Shown: piece by piece, positions 10,496 to 21,673 of the stretch
How positions within the stretch are numbered: position 1 is the stretch's first letter
How the letters are laid out: each line of letters starts with the position of its first letter
Assembly: GCA_049860595.1 (NCBI GenBank)
Contig: CP187551.1
Strand: one strand, 5' to 3'
DNA: 64,000 nt
Source of the DNA: Methanocaldococcus sp. 16A
Lineage (GTDB): Archaea > AGJL01 > Methanococci > Methanococcales > Methanocaldococcaceae
Translations under genes and position numbers: made by a program
The notes under the pieces: model-generated
Told to the model about the DNA's origin: nothing
The model's database searches: none
Seen by the model: only the letters and a program-made list of their open reading frames with translations

Positions 10496-11575
10496 TTACT
10501 CTAAAATTTTATATAAAGTAGTTCTCTCCTTGGGAATTAACCCAACCCTTATAATCATATCTTTAATTTCTTCAACGCTCATATAAACTCCATGCTCAGC
10601 TCCAGCACTTCTTGATATATTTTCCTCTATTAAAGTTCCTCCAACATCATTAGCTCCACATCTTAAAGCAACTTGAACCATCTTTTTTCCCAATTTAACC
10701 CATGATGCTTGGATGTTTTTTATTAATCCTTTAAATATTATCCTACTTATTGCATATACTTTTAAATCTTCAATCCCAGTAGCTCCTGCTCTTGCTTTTC
10801 CTTCTTTATATATTGGAGCAAATTTATGCATAAAAGAGAGAGGAACAAATTCAGTAAAGCCATTAGTTTTTTCTTGAATCTCTTTAATTATAAAAAGATG
10901 ATTAACTATATGTCTATACTCTTCAATATGTCCATACATAATAGTAGCTGTTGTAGGAATTCCTAATTTATGAGCTTCTTTAATTATATAAATCCACTCT
11001 TTAGTTTTTATTTTATTTGGGCAAAGTTCAGCTCTTATTTCATCATCTAAAATCTCTGCCGCAGTTCCTGGCATAGAGTTGAGACCATTTTCTTTTAATA
11101 TTTTTAATGCTTCTTTAATATCTAATCCAGCATTTTCAGCTCCAAAATAAACTTCCATTGGAGAAAATGCGTGTATGTGTATGTCACCATAAGGTTTTGT
11201 AGCTTCATGAACAGCTTTTAAAATCTCTGCTTGATAATATGTATCTATCTTAGGATGCAATCCTCCCTGAATACATACTTCAGTACAACCAAATTTTTTT
11301 GCCTCTACCGCTCTTTTAGCAATTTCATCAATATCTAAAAAATACGCATGTTTGTCATTTTCATTAGCCCTGAAAGCACAAAATTTGCAGTTTCCAATAC
11401 AAATGTTTGTGAAGTTTATATTTCTATTTACCACATAGGTAACTACATCTCCAACTTCTTCTCTTCTCAGAGAATCTGCAAATTTAAACAGCTCAAATAT
11501 ATTTTCATTATCTTCAAACAACTCTAAAGCTTCTTTTTTTGAGATTTCTTTTTCTTTAAATTTTTCAAAATCCAT
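10496..11575 (-). CDS. cofH: FO synthase subunit 2 (radical SAM)
   Basis: NRNINFTNICIGNCKFCAF, MPGTAAEIL, NIQASWVKLG, ENISRSAG. Confidence 0.93.
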   Translation of the reverse strand: MDFEKFKEKEISKKEALELFEDNENIFELFKFADSLRREEVGDVVTYVVNRNINFTNICIGNCKFCAFRANENDKHAYFLDIDEIAKRAVEAKKFGCTEVCIQGGLHPKIDTYYQAEILKAVHEATKPYGDIHIHAFSPMEVYFGAENAGLDIKEALKILKENGLNSMPGTAAEILDDEIRAELCPNKIKTKEWIYIIKEAHKLGIPTTATIMYGHIEEYRHIVNHLFIIKEIQEKTNGFTEFVPLSFMHKFAPIYKEGKARAGATGIEDLKVYAISRIIFKGLIKNIQASWVKLGKKMVQVALRCGANDVGGTLIEENISRSAGAEHGVYMSVEEIKDMIIRVGLIPKERTTLYKILE

Positions 11576-11620
11576 AGTTTCACACTTAAATATTTTTAAT
11601 AATATAAATTAAATTATTTC

Positions 11621-12022
11621 TTATTTTTCATTTTCATTGGAATAATATTCTTCAGTTATTTTTAATTCTCCATTCTCTATTTTGTAATGGAAGCAGGAAT
11701 AATAACCCTCATGGCATGCTACTCCTTTCTGTTCAACGATAAATAATAAAGCATCTCCATCACAATCTCTATAAAATCTCTTTAATTTTTGGACATTTCC
11801 ACTCTCTTCTCCTTTTTTCCATAATTTTTTCCTACTTGTTGAATAGTAGTGCATATAACCTGTTTTTAATGTTTCTTTTAATGCCTCTTCATTCATAAAT
11901 GCAGTCATTAATACATTTTTGTTTTCATCACAGGTTATTGCTAATATTAATTTTTCTCCCTCTATATTTCTAAATTTTAAATTTAATTTTTTAATTATTT
12001 CTTCCACATCCATAAAAATCAC
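11621..12022 (-). CDS. hisI: Phosphoribosyl-AMP cyclohydrolase
   Basis: [31 protein letters not shown]. Confidence 0.96.
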   Translation of the reverse strand: MIFMDVEEIIKKLNLKFRNIEGEKLILAITCDENKNVLMTAFMNEEALKETLKTGYMHYYSTSRKKLWKKGEESGNVQKLKRFYRDCDGDALLFIVEQKGVACHEGYYSCFHYKIENGELKITEEYYSNENEK

Positions 12023-13521
12023 CAGTCATCTAAACCCAACCATTCTCCAACTATATTTATATCTTTTCCACCATATATTCCATCAAATTTATCAATTTTA
12101 ACTATTGATGGAAGAGATATTGCAGCTCCAACAATAATCGCTTCCCCAATACCTAAAGAAGCTAAGTCTTTCACTAAGTCTTCTCCCAATTCTTCTGAAG
12201 CTCTCTGAATATATTTTTGGTCTTCGGGTTCAACTATCTTTAAGATTATTTTAGTGTTTGTTTGAGATAAGACGTCAGGATGTAGTTGCTTAGGTCTTTG
12301 AGATACTAATCCCAAACCAATTCCAAATTTTCTACCCTCTCTTGCTATTTTTCCTAACCATAAACTTGCTGAGGTTTGTTCATTTATTGGGATGAATATG
12401 TGGGCTTCTTCAACTATAAGTAATAGTGGTTTTATAACAATTTTATAGTGCTCTTCAATAGTTTTTAAATTAGATAAAGCTATTGTTTTTATTCTTTCAT
12501 TTGGACAATTGACATCTTTTAATGATTTTAAATATAATACTCTTTTTGATAGAATGTGTTTTGCTATAAAGCTTACAAGTGTTATCATCTGATGAACCTC
12601 TAATCCGCTCAAATTAACAACATTTATTTTTCCAATTTCAAATTCTTCAATCATATCTTTGTCTCCAATATACAAAGCAAAATCTATCATAAATTTTCCA
12701 ATAATATCATATAAAGAAATAATAGTAATAAAATCTTTTTCTCCAGCTTTTCTTCTGTCATATTTTCTTTTTAGAGGGTTGTAGTATTTAATTTCCCATC
12801 CAACTTCTGCTGATTTACTCCATTCGTACAACAAATTTTCTAATTTTTCAATAAACTCCATTCCCCTAATATTTGGGAAGTCTTTTTTTATTGTGTAATA
12901 TGCATATTCAAGATAAACTCTTTTATCAAAATCATCTTTTTTTAAACCAATTAAATCAGAAAGTTCTTCTGGTGATAATATTGAAGGATTTATTATAGGA
13001 TGGATTACTTTAACCTTTCCTTCTAAATCTTCATGATACAAAGTAGAATATTCACCATGAGGATCTAAAATAATCAAACTAGCGTTCTTTTTTCCTAATT
13101 CTTTACATAATATAGCAACAGTGTTTGATTTACCTCCCCCAGTAATAGATAAAACAGCAAAATGTCTTGAAATAAGTTTATTTGTGTCTAAATAAACTCT
13201 AACATTTTCCCTTGTTAATAAATGTCCAATATTTAATCCATTTTTAGCATAGAAAATATTATTTAAAATTAGGTCATCACAAAATTTAACTTCTCCATTG
13301 GGTTTAATTGGACTTCTATTTACAGATATTTTATTGTTATTTAAAACGCCTATAACTTTTGCTTCACAAATAAACTTATCATTTTCAGCAACAACATTTT
13401 TTACAATTGCCAAGACTTCCTCATCATCAGTATTTTTTGCAATAACATACTCCCCAAACTTTACTTTCTCTAAAGATTCAAAGGTAAAATTTGAAATTGT
13501 TGTTTTTCCAATTACTTTCAT
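12019..13521 (-). CDS. HerA/FtsK-like ATPase (DUF87) with N-terminal HAS-barrel-like region
   Basis: [39 protein letters not shown]. Confidence 0.9.
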   Translation of the reverse strand: MKVIGKTTISNFTFESLEKVKFGEYVIAKNTDDEEVLAIVKNVVAENDKFICEAKVIGVLNNNKISVNRSPIKPNGEVKFCDDLILNNIFYAKNGLNIGHLLTRENVRVYLDTNKLISRHFAVLSITGGGKSNTVAILCKELGKKNASLIILDPHGEYSTLYHEDLEGKVKVIHPIINPSILSPEELSDLIGLKKDDFDKRVYLEYAYYTIKKDFPNIRGMEFIEKLENLLYEWSKSAEVGWEIKYYNPLKRKYDRRKAGEKDFITIISLYDIIGKFMIDFALYIGDKDMIEEFEIGKINVVNLSGLEVHQMITLVSFIAKHILSKRVLYLKSLKDVNCPNERIKTIALSNLKTIEEHYKIVIKPLLLIVEEAHIFIPINEQTSASLWLGKIAREGRKFGIGLGLVSQRPKQLHPDVLSQTNTKIILKIVEPEDQKYIQRASEELGEDLVKDLASLGIGEAIIVGAAISLPSIVKIDKFDGIYGGKDINIVGEWLGLDDW

Positions 13522-13663
13522 AGGTATCTCCTTATAATTATAATAGAATAAATTTAGGTTATAAATTATACATACCTAACTGTCTAAATGAAGAAATAAT
13601 ATTTATTATTGAATTACTTGAGCCCCTGGCTTTAAAATTTCCTTGACACATATTAAAGTGTAT

Positions 13664-15382
13664 TTAGATAGTTAATGTTCCAAGTTCTCTTTTATATATT
13701 TCTATAATTTCCTCGCTTGGTTTATAATTGTTTGGGGATTCACAATACTTGTACATTTCAATAGGTAGCTTTTCTTTCAATTCTTTAATAAGTTTAAGAA
13801 TAGCTTTTGATATTTCTTCATCTTCAATTTCTGTAATTATCTCTGACGTTTCAAGGTATGAAATATATATAAATGCTCCAATCGGATTTATATTAATATA
13901 TCGGTATAAGGTTGAAAGATGATATTGGATATGGTTTGGTTTATAATACATTACTGGAACATTTAGCAGTGGGGAAGGAATTTCTAAGTTTGTTGGCTCT
14001 CTATTCATTAATTTTTTAGATATTTCCTCTGCATCATTGTTTTGCAGTAACTTTTTTAACTTCATAGCCATTGAAAGAGCGTCATCAAACTTACCTGATT
14101 TTTCATAGAGGACTATTAGAGATTTTAATATATTAATATCATTTGAATCTATCCTTAATGCATTTATAAAGCATTCATGAGCTTCTTTGTAATTTTTTAA
14201 TTTGTAATATATATATCCTTTAATTTTCCACCATTCGCTATTTTCTGGGTCCCTATCTAATAAATTATTTATATATGATAAAATTCCCTCATAATATTTT
14301 GAAATTCCAGTAGTTTCTCCCAATCCAATTAATGAGTATATTGTTAAAACATCTGCATCCCTCTTAGATAAATCACTGGTATATGATTCCAATACCTTAT
14401 CAAAAAAAACTGATGCTTTTTCAAAGTCTTTTCTTTTATAATAAAATATTGCCAAACCAAAATAGGCATAAAGGTTAGGATATAACTCTATAGATTTTTT
14501 ATAACAATCCACAGCCTCTAAATTATCCATTTTGCTTAAAATATCTCCTTTCTTAGCATAATATATACTTTTTTTTAATATAGATATTGTTTCATCTATA
14601 TATTTAAGTGCTTTCTGATAATCTTCAAAAATCTCAGATATTACGCTTTTGTAATAATAAGCAAAATCATTGGTATTATCTGTTGAGATTACTTTATTAA
14701 AATGTTTTAAGGCATTTATATAATCCCCTTTATCTAACATTCTAATTCCAATCTCTATATTTTTATAAATATCAGTGTTTATAATTTCAATAATATTTTC
14801 CATATAATCAACAATTTTCTTACATTTATGATTTGGCTCTTTTTCTAAAATTTCTTTAAATAATTTATAAGATTTATCTATATTTCCCAATAGTAAAGAT
14901 ATTTTTCCAGCCATATACAATGCATCAATATTATTTTCGTTTAATTTATATGCTTTTAAGTAGTAGTTTAATGCATCATCATATTTTTTAAATTTTAATG
15001 AGAGTTCTCCTAGTATTTCATACAAATCACTTTTCTTTATTTTCTTTGATGCTTTAATAAAGCATTTATATGCTTCTTCAAAATTTTTAAGTTTGTAGAG
15101 TATAGAACCCCTCAAATACAAAAATTCCGGATTTTCAGAGGATAGATGTAATGCTCTATCTATTGCTTCAAGGGCCTTTTCATAATCATTTAAATGATAA
15201 TAAGCATAAGAGAGATTAGCCCAATCTATTGCCCTCATATTATTTCTTTTTAAAGCTTTCAGATAACATTCTACAGCTTTTTCATAATTTTCTTCATCTA
15301 AATATTTTTCTGCATCTGTAATCCAATTATACGAATTTCCATTAGATATTAATATATTCAAAAATTTTTTAAGTGGTCCCAT
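13664..15382 (-). CDS. Tetratricopeptide repeat protein
   Basis: Many ~34-aa helical repeats (e.g. WKIKGYIYYKLKNYKEAHECFINAL). Confidence 0.9.
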   Translation of the reverse strand: MGPLKKFLNILISNGNSYNWITDAEKYLDEENYEKAVECYLKALKRNNMRAIDWANLSYAYYHLNDYEKALEAIDRALHLSSENPEFLYLRGSILYKLKNFEEAYKCFIKASKKIKKSDLYEILGELSLKFKKYDDALNYYLKAYKLNENNIDALYMAGKISLLLGNIDKSYKLFKEILEKEPNHKCKKIVDYMENIIEIINTDIYKNIEIGIRMLDKGDYINALKHFNKVISTDNTNDFAYYYKSVISEIFEDYQKALKYIDETISILKKSIYYAKKGDILSKMDNLEAVDCYKKSIELYPNLYAYFGLAIFYYKRKDFEKASVFFDKVLESYTSDLSKRDADVLTIYSLIGLGETTGISKYYEGILSYINNLLDRDPENSEWWKIKGYIYYKLKNYKEAHECFINALRIDSNDINILKSLIVLYEKSGKFDDALSMAMKLKKLLQNNDAEEISKKLMNREPTNLEIPSPLLNVPVMYYKPNHIQYHLSTLYRYININPIGAFIYISYLETSEIITEIEDEEISKAILKLIKELKEKLPIEMYKYCESPNNYKPSEEIIEIYKRELGTLTI

Positions 15383-15388
15383 AATTCC

Positions 15389-16387
15389 TCACCAAATTTT
15401 ATGCCCAACGTTATTTGCCTTAGTTATAATTATATCCCTATAAATCCCATGTCTATCAAAAACTTCATTAGCTTTTTCAATAATTAATTTTTTATCCCCA
15501 AAGGCATAAATTGTTGGGCCAAAACTTGAAAGTCCTGCATAAACATTTTCATTATGTAATTCCTTAATTAAATCTTTAACAATATCTGACTGTAAATTAA
15601 GTTCAACTTTTTTAAAGCCTAAATATTGAAGTTTATTAACAACTTCTCCAAAATCATCTAAATTTTTTTCAACAATTGCAGGCATCATCTTCATTAAAAC
15701 TAAATGGCAGATTTTTTCAACTTCATTTAAAGGAACTGGACAGTATTTTTTAAATATATCTACCTCCTTTTTTCCGTAGACGTGTTCTCCTTTTGGTATT
15801 ATTAACATAACTTCCCAATCAAAATCATGTCTAAATATTATCGGTGCTGGTTTAACTCCTTTTGAAGCTGAAGAAGGTTTAAATTCTTCTTTATCTTTAC
15901 CTTTACCAAAGCTATGTCCCCCGTCAATTAAAAATCCTCCATATTCAAAAGCTCCTATTCCAATGCCTGACGTTCCTCCCCTCCCAGTAATTTTAGCTAT
16001 CTCATAAGCGTTCATTTCTTTGTTATAGATTTTTGATATCAATTTACCTACAGCTAAAGATAGTTGTGTTCCACTACCTAAACCAGAATGAGCTGGAAAT
16101 AATGATAAGATTTTTAAATCAATCCCTTCCCCATTAACAACTTCTAAAACTTTCGTAGCTGTGTTGTATATCCTATCTTTAATAGATTTTAAATAACTGT
16201 AACCAAACTTTTCAATCAATTTTTTATCAAACTCAATATTTATTTCATCACTTTCTTTTCCCTCAATTTCTATATTTGGCTCTTCTAAAGCTAAACCAAT
16301 ACCTCCATCTACTCTTCCAATTGAACCATTTAAATCTATTAATCCCATGTGAATTCTTGATGGTGTTTGAATTATCAAAATCTTCAC
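15389..16387 (-). CDS. mptG: Beta-ribofuranosylaminobenzene 5'-phosphate synthase (methanopterin biosynthesis)
   Basis: TPSRIHMGLIDL, HSGLGSGTQL, GRGGTSGIG, GLSSFGP. Confidence 0.92.
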   Translation of the reverse strand: MKILIIQTPSRIHMGLIDLNGSIGRVDGGIGLALEEPNIEIEGKESDEINIEFDKKLIEKFGYSYLKSIKDRIYNTATKVLEVVNGEGIDLKILSLFPAHSGLGSGTQLSLAVGKLISKIYNKEMNAYEIAKITGRGGTSGIGIGAFEYGGFLIDGGHSFGKGKDKEEFKPSSASKGVKPAPIIFRHDFDWEVMLIIPKGEHVYGKKEVDIFKKYCPVPLNEVEKICHLVLMKMMPAIVEKNLDDFGEVVNKLQYLGFKKVELNLQSDIVKDLIKELHNENVYAGLSSFGPTIYAFGDKKLIIEKANEVFDRHGIYRDIIITKANNVGHKIW

Positions 16388-16585
16388 CTTTAAAGATTGT
16401 TATAATTTAATAAAAAACAGAATGAAAATATCTTTATAGACAAATTAATATCTTTTCTAAATCTTAATAATTTTTTCGGTTTTCATTATATTCAATGTTA
16501 TTATTTCAGTCATTAAACTTTAAGAAATAATAAATCACATCATCAACATCTTTAAATAAATGTTTTAGGTATTTAGGTATAGTAG

Positions 16586-18352
16586 ATGTTAGTTTATAAG
16601 ATGTGGGGAAACATGATAAAAAAGTATATAACTAGAGATAAATTTATTGATGAATTTATAAAATGCTTAGAAAGTGGAAAGGATTTTGAATTGTCTAATG
16701 CAACTGTTGGAGGGGATATCTCTATTAAAGATATTTATGAAAGAATTAAAGATAAGGAACTAAAAGGCTGTAAAATTTATAAAGAAATTGATGAAGGTAT
16801 TGGTACTATAGTAATATCTATTAATATAAATATTTACATAAATAATGTTAAATTTAATGGAAAGTTTGAAGTGCACTATGAAATGTCCGATATTAAGGAC
16901 ATGGGCATGTTAATAAAAGTAATATTTAATAAAGATGTAGAATTTGGAAAATCTATATTTAAAGGAAAAGCAAATTTTGTGGGAGGTGAATTTAAAGGAA
17001 AAGTAGATTTTATAGATACTATATTTGAAGGAGAAGCATATTTTAAGGATAATAAATTTAAAAGAGGAGCCTATTTTTTGGATGCTAAATTTAAAGGAGG
17101 AGCATGTTTTAGAAAAACCATATTTGAAGGAGAAGTAATGTTTTTAAAAGCTATATTTAAAGAAACAGCAGATTTTGAGGATGCTATATTTAATAAAGAT
17201 GTAGAATTCAAAAATTCTATATTTGAAGGAGTAGCAAATTTTAGGAATGGTAAATTTGAAAGAGAAGTTTATTTTAAGGAAACTAAATTTTATGGAGAAG
17301 TAATGTTTTTGAAGGCTAAATTTAAAAAAGAAGCATATTTTGAGGAGGCTATATTCAAAAATGCAAAATTTATCAAAACTACATTTGAAAAAGATGCCAA
17401 TTTTAAAAATACAAAAAATTTAAAATTATTATTTGGTGAATCAACTTTTAATGGCATTGCAGATTTTAGAGATATTTATTTTGGCTTGTTATCTTTTGTA
17501 GATTGTACTTTTGAGAATTTAGCGTTATTTAGAAAAGGTAAAATTAAATTTAAAAAATCTAAGAAATTTGAAATTAGTTTAAAAAAACCAGATATACATT
17601 GGATACATACAATAGTCAATGTAATTAATAATACAATTAAAGATAAATGCTTAGCAATCTTTCTTAATGTCCAATTTTTAAATAAACATTCAAAAATAGA
17701 GAACTTTCCATTATCAAAAACTTCATTTTTAAAAACTGATGTTAGAGATGTAATGTTATTATGTGAAATAAAAAAAGAGAAGATTTTAAGTCATAAACTT
17801 TTTAAAAATGGCGAAAATAATAAAGGAATATACAAAGAAGCATATACAATCCTCAAAAATCACTTAAATTATAACTCTATCCTTGCAGAATATAGGAATT
17901 TAAGAATATCCATTGAAAACAACAGAACTTATGAGGAAGCATCTGATTTATATAAAATGGAAATGGAATTAAAAAAAGAATATTCAAAATGGTATGAAAA
18001 ATTTGCTATTATATTATATGGACTAATATCCGACTACGGAGAGTCAATACATAAACCAATATTTGGGATATTCTTTTTAATATTCGCAACACCATTTGTT
18101 TTAACACTTGTTTATTATTTGGATTTGAATTCTTTTATAAATAATCAAATTTCAAATATAATTCCAGAATTTTTATTGCCATACATACCGATATATATAG
18201 AACACCTAAAATCAGTATTAGGAGCTAAATTTTATAGAGGAAACAGTAAATCTTTATTAGAAGTAATAATATATTGCCTATATAGTGTTTTTTTAATGAT
18301 TGTAATGGGTAATCTCTATATAGCCCTTAGAAGAAGATTAAGTAGAAAATAA
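16586..18352 (+). CDS. Pentapeptide-type (11-aa) repeat protein with C-terminal membrane domain
   Basis: About 16 F-x-G-x-A-x-F-x-x-x-x repeats; SDYGES motif followed by TM helices. Confidence 0.85.
   Translation: MLVYKMWGNMIKKYITRDKFIDEFIKCLESGKDFELSNATVGGDISIKDIYERIKDKELKGCKIYKEIDEGIGTIVISININIYINNVKFNGKFEVHYEMSDIKDMGMLIKVIFNKDVEFGKSIFKGKANFVGGEFKGKVDFIDTIFEGEAYFKDNKFKRGAYFLDAKFKGGACFRKTIFEGEVMFLKAIFKETADFEDAIFNKDVEFKNSIFEGVANFRNGKFEREVYFKETKFYGEVMFLKAKFKKEAYFEEAIFKNAKFIKTTFEKDANFKNTKNLKLLFGESTFNGIADFRDIYFGLLSFVDCTFENLALFRKGKIKFKKSKKFEISLKKPDIHWIHTIVNVINNTIKDKCLAIFLNVQFLNKHSKIENFPLSKTSFLKTDVRDVMLLCEIKKEKILSHKLFKNGENNKGIYKEAYTILKNHLNYNSILAEYRNLRISIENNRTYEEASDLYKMEMELKKEYSKWYEKFAIILYGLISDYGESIHKPIFGIFFLIFATPFVLTLVYYLDLNSFINNQISNIIPEFLLPYIPIYIEHLKSVLGAKFYRGNSKSLLEVIIYCLYSVFLMIVMGNLYIALRRRLSRK
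16920..17470 (+). repeat. Degenerate 33-bp coding tandem repeat array
   Basis: Near-identical DNA blocks at 16922/17186 (264 bp = 8x33) and 17129/17294 (165 bp = 5x33). Confidence 0.85.
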
Positions 18353-18356
18353 AAAA

Positions 18357-18833
18357 TTAAATTAACGCCTCTATTAAATCTCCTCTTGTAATTATTCCAA
18401 CTAAATTACCTTCATCATCTACAACAGGCAATCTTTTAATGTTATTTTCAACCATTAATTTTGCTGCGTCATTAATTGTCATGTCTGGCTTAGCAACAAT
18501 AACTTTTCTTGTCATTACATCTCTAACCTTTGTTTTTAGTGCATTTTCTAAATCTTCCTTAAACTCCTCAATCTTCAATGCAGTTTTTAAAGGCAACTCT
18601 ATTAAATCCAATGGTGAAGGTAAAATAAGGTTTAAATCCTCATTATGTGTAACAATGGTTTTCACTATATCACTTTCAGATATTATTCCAACTAACTCTC
18701 CATTTTTATTTAATACAGGAGCTCCACTTATCTTATTTTCTCTAAATAATTTTATTACATCGATTAAATCATCATCTTCATAAACTACAATGGGTTTTTT
18801 CATAATATCTTTTATTAACATTAATTTCACCAT
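18357..18833 (-). CDS. CBS-domain pair protein
   Basis: ISGAPV...LVGIISESD and IKRLPVVD...GIITRGD. Confidence 0.92.
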   Translation of the reverse strand: MVKLMLIKDIMKKPIVVYEDDDLIDVIKLFRENKISGAPVLNKNGELVGIISESDIVKTIVTHNEDLNLILPSPLDLIELPLKTALKIEEFKEDLENALKTKVRDVMTRKVIVAKPDMTINDAAKLMVENNIKRLPVVDDEGNLVGIITRGDLIEALI

Positions 18834-18838
18834 ATATT

Positions 18839-19873
18839 TTATTCCACATAATCTTCAATATTTAATTCCAACTCATCACAAATATCTTTTAGTTGATTGT
18901 ATAAATTTTCATCAATCTCAAATCCATTCTTTCTTTTCATTTTATTTCTCTCTTCTATTTCCCCAGGAATTAAAATTTCAAATCCTTCTGCAGGTTCTGA
19001 TGTCTTAATCTCTTCTAATAACTCATCAACTTTCTTCTTAAACTCTTCCTTTCCCATAAAAAATTCTGGATTTATAGCTATAAATAAATCTCCTTTAGTG
19101 CATCTTTCTTTTGGATTTGCTGTCCCTCTAACTTTAGTTCCAACCTCAGCCCCACCAATAGCTGATAACATTTCAATAGCTAATGCTAAACCATATCCTT
19201 TAGGCCCCCCAAATGGTAATATACATCCCTCCAATGCTTTAGCAGGATCTGTCGTTGGCTTTCCATCTTTATCTACTGCACAACCTTCTGGAATTTTTAT
19301 CTTTTTCCTTAAAGCTTCTAAAATTTTTCCTCTTGCTATTGATGCAGTAGCCATATCCAATGAAAATTTATATTTATTCCCTTTAAATGCTATAGCAATT
19401 GGATTAGTTCCTAAAATTTTCTCTTTTCCACCAAATGGTGCCATAGCTGGCTCTGTATTTGTTATTGTTATTCCAATCATATCTTGATTCATAGCCAACT
19501 CTGAATAATAGCCTGCAATACCAAAATGATTAGCATTTCTTGTAGCAACAACTCCTACTCCAACATTTTTTGCTTTTTCTATAGCCAATTCCATAGCTTT
19601 TTTTCCAACCACCTGCCCTAATCCAAAGTCACCATCTACAACTGCCGTAGCAGGGCTTTCTTTAACTATCTTTATATCCGGCTTTGGATTTATATTACCT
19701 AATTTTAGAGCAGTTATATATTGTGGAAACCTTCCAATTCCATGGGATGTGAAGCCTTTCAAATCTGCATCAACAAAAACTTCAGCGGTTATTTTAGCAT
19801 CTTCTTCTGGAACATCAAATTTCTTTAAAACATCAATTATTAGCTTTCTTTCATTTTCTGGCTTTAAAATCAT
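18839..19873 (-). CDS. comC: L-sulfolactate dehydrogenase (coenzyme M biosynthesis)
   Basis: Ldh_2 motifs SHGIGRF, NHFG, GTNPIA, DMATA, GGPKGYGL, IPGE. Confidence 0.92.
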   Translation of the reverse strand: MILKPENERKLIIDVLKKFDVPEEDAKITAEVFVDADLKGFTSHGIGRFPQYITALKLGNINPKPDIKIVKESPATAVVDGDFGLGQVVGKKAMELAIEKAKNVGVGVVATRNANHFGIAGYYSELAMNQDMIGITITNTEPAMAPFGGKEKILGTNPIAIAFKGNKYKFSLDMATASIARGKILEALRKKIKIPEGCAVDKDGKPTTDPAKALEGCILPFGGPKGYGLALAIEMLSAIGGAEVGTKVRGTANPKERCTKGDLFIAINPEFFMGKEEFKKKVDELLEEIKTSEPAEGFEILIPGEIEERNKMKRKNGFEIDENLYNQLKDICDELELNIEDYVE

Positions 19874-19891
19874 TTTCCCCCTCCAAAATTT

Positions 19892-20431
19892 TTATGGTCT
19901 TACATATTCCATATTGTAATAAACAATGTCCCCATCAGCATCAACTATTGCTATAAGCAGTTTTTTTCTAACTGAGTGGGCTACTCTAACGAATCCTGTT
20001 AGCTCACTTAATTGAATAGAGTTATCTTCAGTAAATACCTTAACCAAATAAACAGAGTGTTCTTTTTCTATATTTGCTCCTCTTTCATAAAGCCTGAAAT
20101 CAGCTCCATATTTTAGGCCGGTTTTTACTATGTAACCTCTTGTTCTTAAATCTTTATAAACCAAATATTTTAAGCAGAGCCTCTCTTCAATATTTTTTGC
20201 ATATTTATATAGCTCTTCAAAGCTCATAATCTTATTATCTTTGTTTTTAACTTCCAACCACCCTAAGTTTATTAAATAGAGAGCTTCAACTAAAGATAAC
20301 GATAAAAAGTTCTCTTCAACGTTCCCATAATGCTTTGCTGATAGCTTAGATATTCCATTTTTGTCAAAAACTATAATCCTATCTCCATCCAATAATCCAA
20401 TGATTTTTTTGCCCATTTTATCTCTCACCAA
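19892..20431 (-). CDS. endA: tRNA-splicing endonuclease (homotetrameric type)
   Basis: [40 protein letters not shown]. Confidence 0.95.
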   Translation of the reverse strand: MVRDKMGKKIIGLLDGDRIIVFDKNGISKLSAKHYGNVEENFLSLSLVEALYLINLGWLEVKNKDNKIMSFEELYKYAKNIEERLCLKYLVYKDLRTRGYIVKTGLKYGADFRLYERGANIEKEHSVYLVKVFTEDNSIQLSELTGFVRVAHSVRKKLLIAIVDADGDIVYYNMEYVRP

Positions 20432-20539
20432 ATTTATTTTATAATCCTAATCTTAAAACATATTGTGAGCAATGAAATAAATAACATATGGTTTGAGTTA
20501 TTTAACAAAATTAATAAATTAATTAATTGAGGTGAATCT

Positions 20540-21598
20540 ATGATATTTCATCCAAGACCTTCACCTATTGCTGCTGCTATGTATCAGCTTAGAGATTTGG
20601 GTGTTGATGCCATAATTTTACATGGACCGAGTGGATGTTGCTTTAGAACCGCAAGATTATTAGAATTAGATGGGGTTAGAGTATTTACAAGCAATATAGA
20701 TGAAAATGCAATTGTTTTTGGAGCTTCAGAAAATTTAAGAAAAGCTTTAGATTATGCAATTGAATATTTAAAAAATGTAATAAAAAAAGAAAAGCCAATG
20801 ATTGGCATTGTTGGAACTTGTGCAAGTATGATTATTGGTGAAGATTTGTGGGAATTTGCTAATGATGAGAGAGCTATAATTATTCCAGTTGAAGTGCATA
20901 GTGGTAGTGGAGATAACACAATAGGGGCAATAAAAGCTATGGAATCTGCCTTAAAATTAGGGATAATTGATGAGAAGGAATTTGAGAGGCAGAAATTTTT
21001 GTTAAAAAAAGCTACAGAGATTGAAAAAAAGAGGGGAATGGCAAAGAAAGAGTATATAAAACCAACATATGATGATGACTTAAATGAAGCTATAAAAGTT
21101 TTAAAGGATTTGAAAGAGAAGGATGGAAAAATAGCTTGTGTATTAAATGCTAAGAAAGAAACCGCCTATTTATTTACTCATCCTCTAATTGTTTTAAATA
21201 AATATTTTAATTGTGTAAATATTGCTAACTTGGATGTAAATAAAGGACTTCCAAAAATAAAAAGAGATGCAAAAAATATATCTAATAGATTCAAAGCAGA
21301 TTATATAACTGGAGGTTTGGATGAGTATCCAATAAGTGGAGAAAAAGCTGTTGAAATATTAAAAGATTTGGATGTAGATGCCATTGTTGTTTCTGGAGTT
21401 CCTCACGCTCTGCCAGTTGAAGAGTTAGATAAAGATGTAATAAAGATAGGAATTAGCGATGGTCCAAGGACCTATCATCCAATAAAAGAAATTTATGATT
21501 TTGCAATTGTTGAGTTAGATGCTCATGCAAAGGTTTTAGGGAAAAGAGATATAGTTAAGTCGAGATTTGGTGAGATTTTAGATTACGCATTAGAATAA
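20540..21598 (+). CDS. cfbD: Ni-sirohydrochlorin a,c-diamide reductive cyclase catalytic subunit (NflD, F430 biosynthesis)
   Basis: HPRPSPIAAA, LHGPSGCCF, GTCASMIIGE, GGLDEYP. Confidence 0.93.
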   Translation: MIFHPRPSPIAAAMYQLRDLGVDAIILHGPSGCCFRTARLLELDGVRVFTSNIDENAIVFGASENLRKALDYAIEYLKNVIKKEKPMIGIVGTCASMIIGEDLWEFANDERAIIIPVEVHSGSGDNTIGAIKAMESALKLGIIDEKEFERQKFLLKKATEIEKKRGMAKKEYIKPTYDDDLNEAIKVLKDLKEKDGKIACVLNAKKETAYLFTHPLIVLNKYFNCVNIANLDVNKGLPKIKRDAKNISNRFKADYITGGLDEYPISGEKAVEILKDLDVDAIVVSGVPHALPVEELDKDVIKIGISDGPRTYHPIKEIYDFAIVELDAHAKVLGKRDIVKSRFGEILDYALE

Positions 21599-21673
21599 AG
21601 TTTTAAAAACTAAAAACTTCATGAAAATATAACATTAATAAGACATAAACTGTGAGTAATTTGTGGTGAGATA

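Noticed and set aside
16920-17470. 33-bp periodicity as a CRISPR array or DGR template/variable repeats
   Set aside because: The units are in-frame coding repeats with no unique spacers, and no cas or reverse transcriptase gene is nearby
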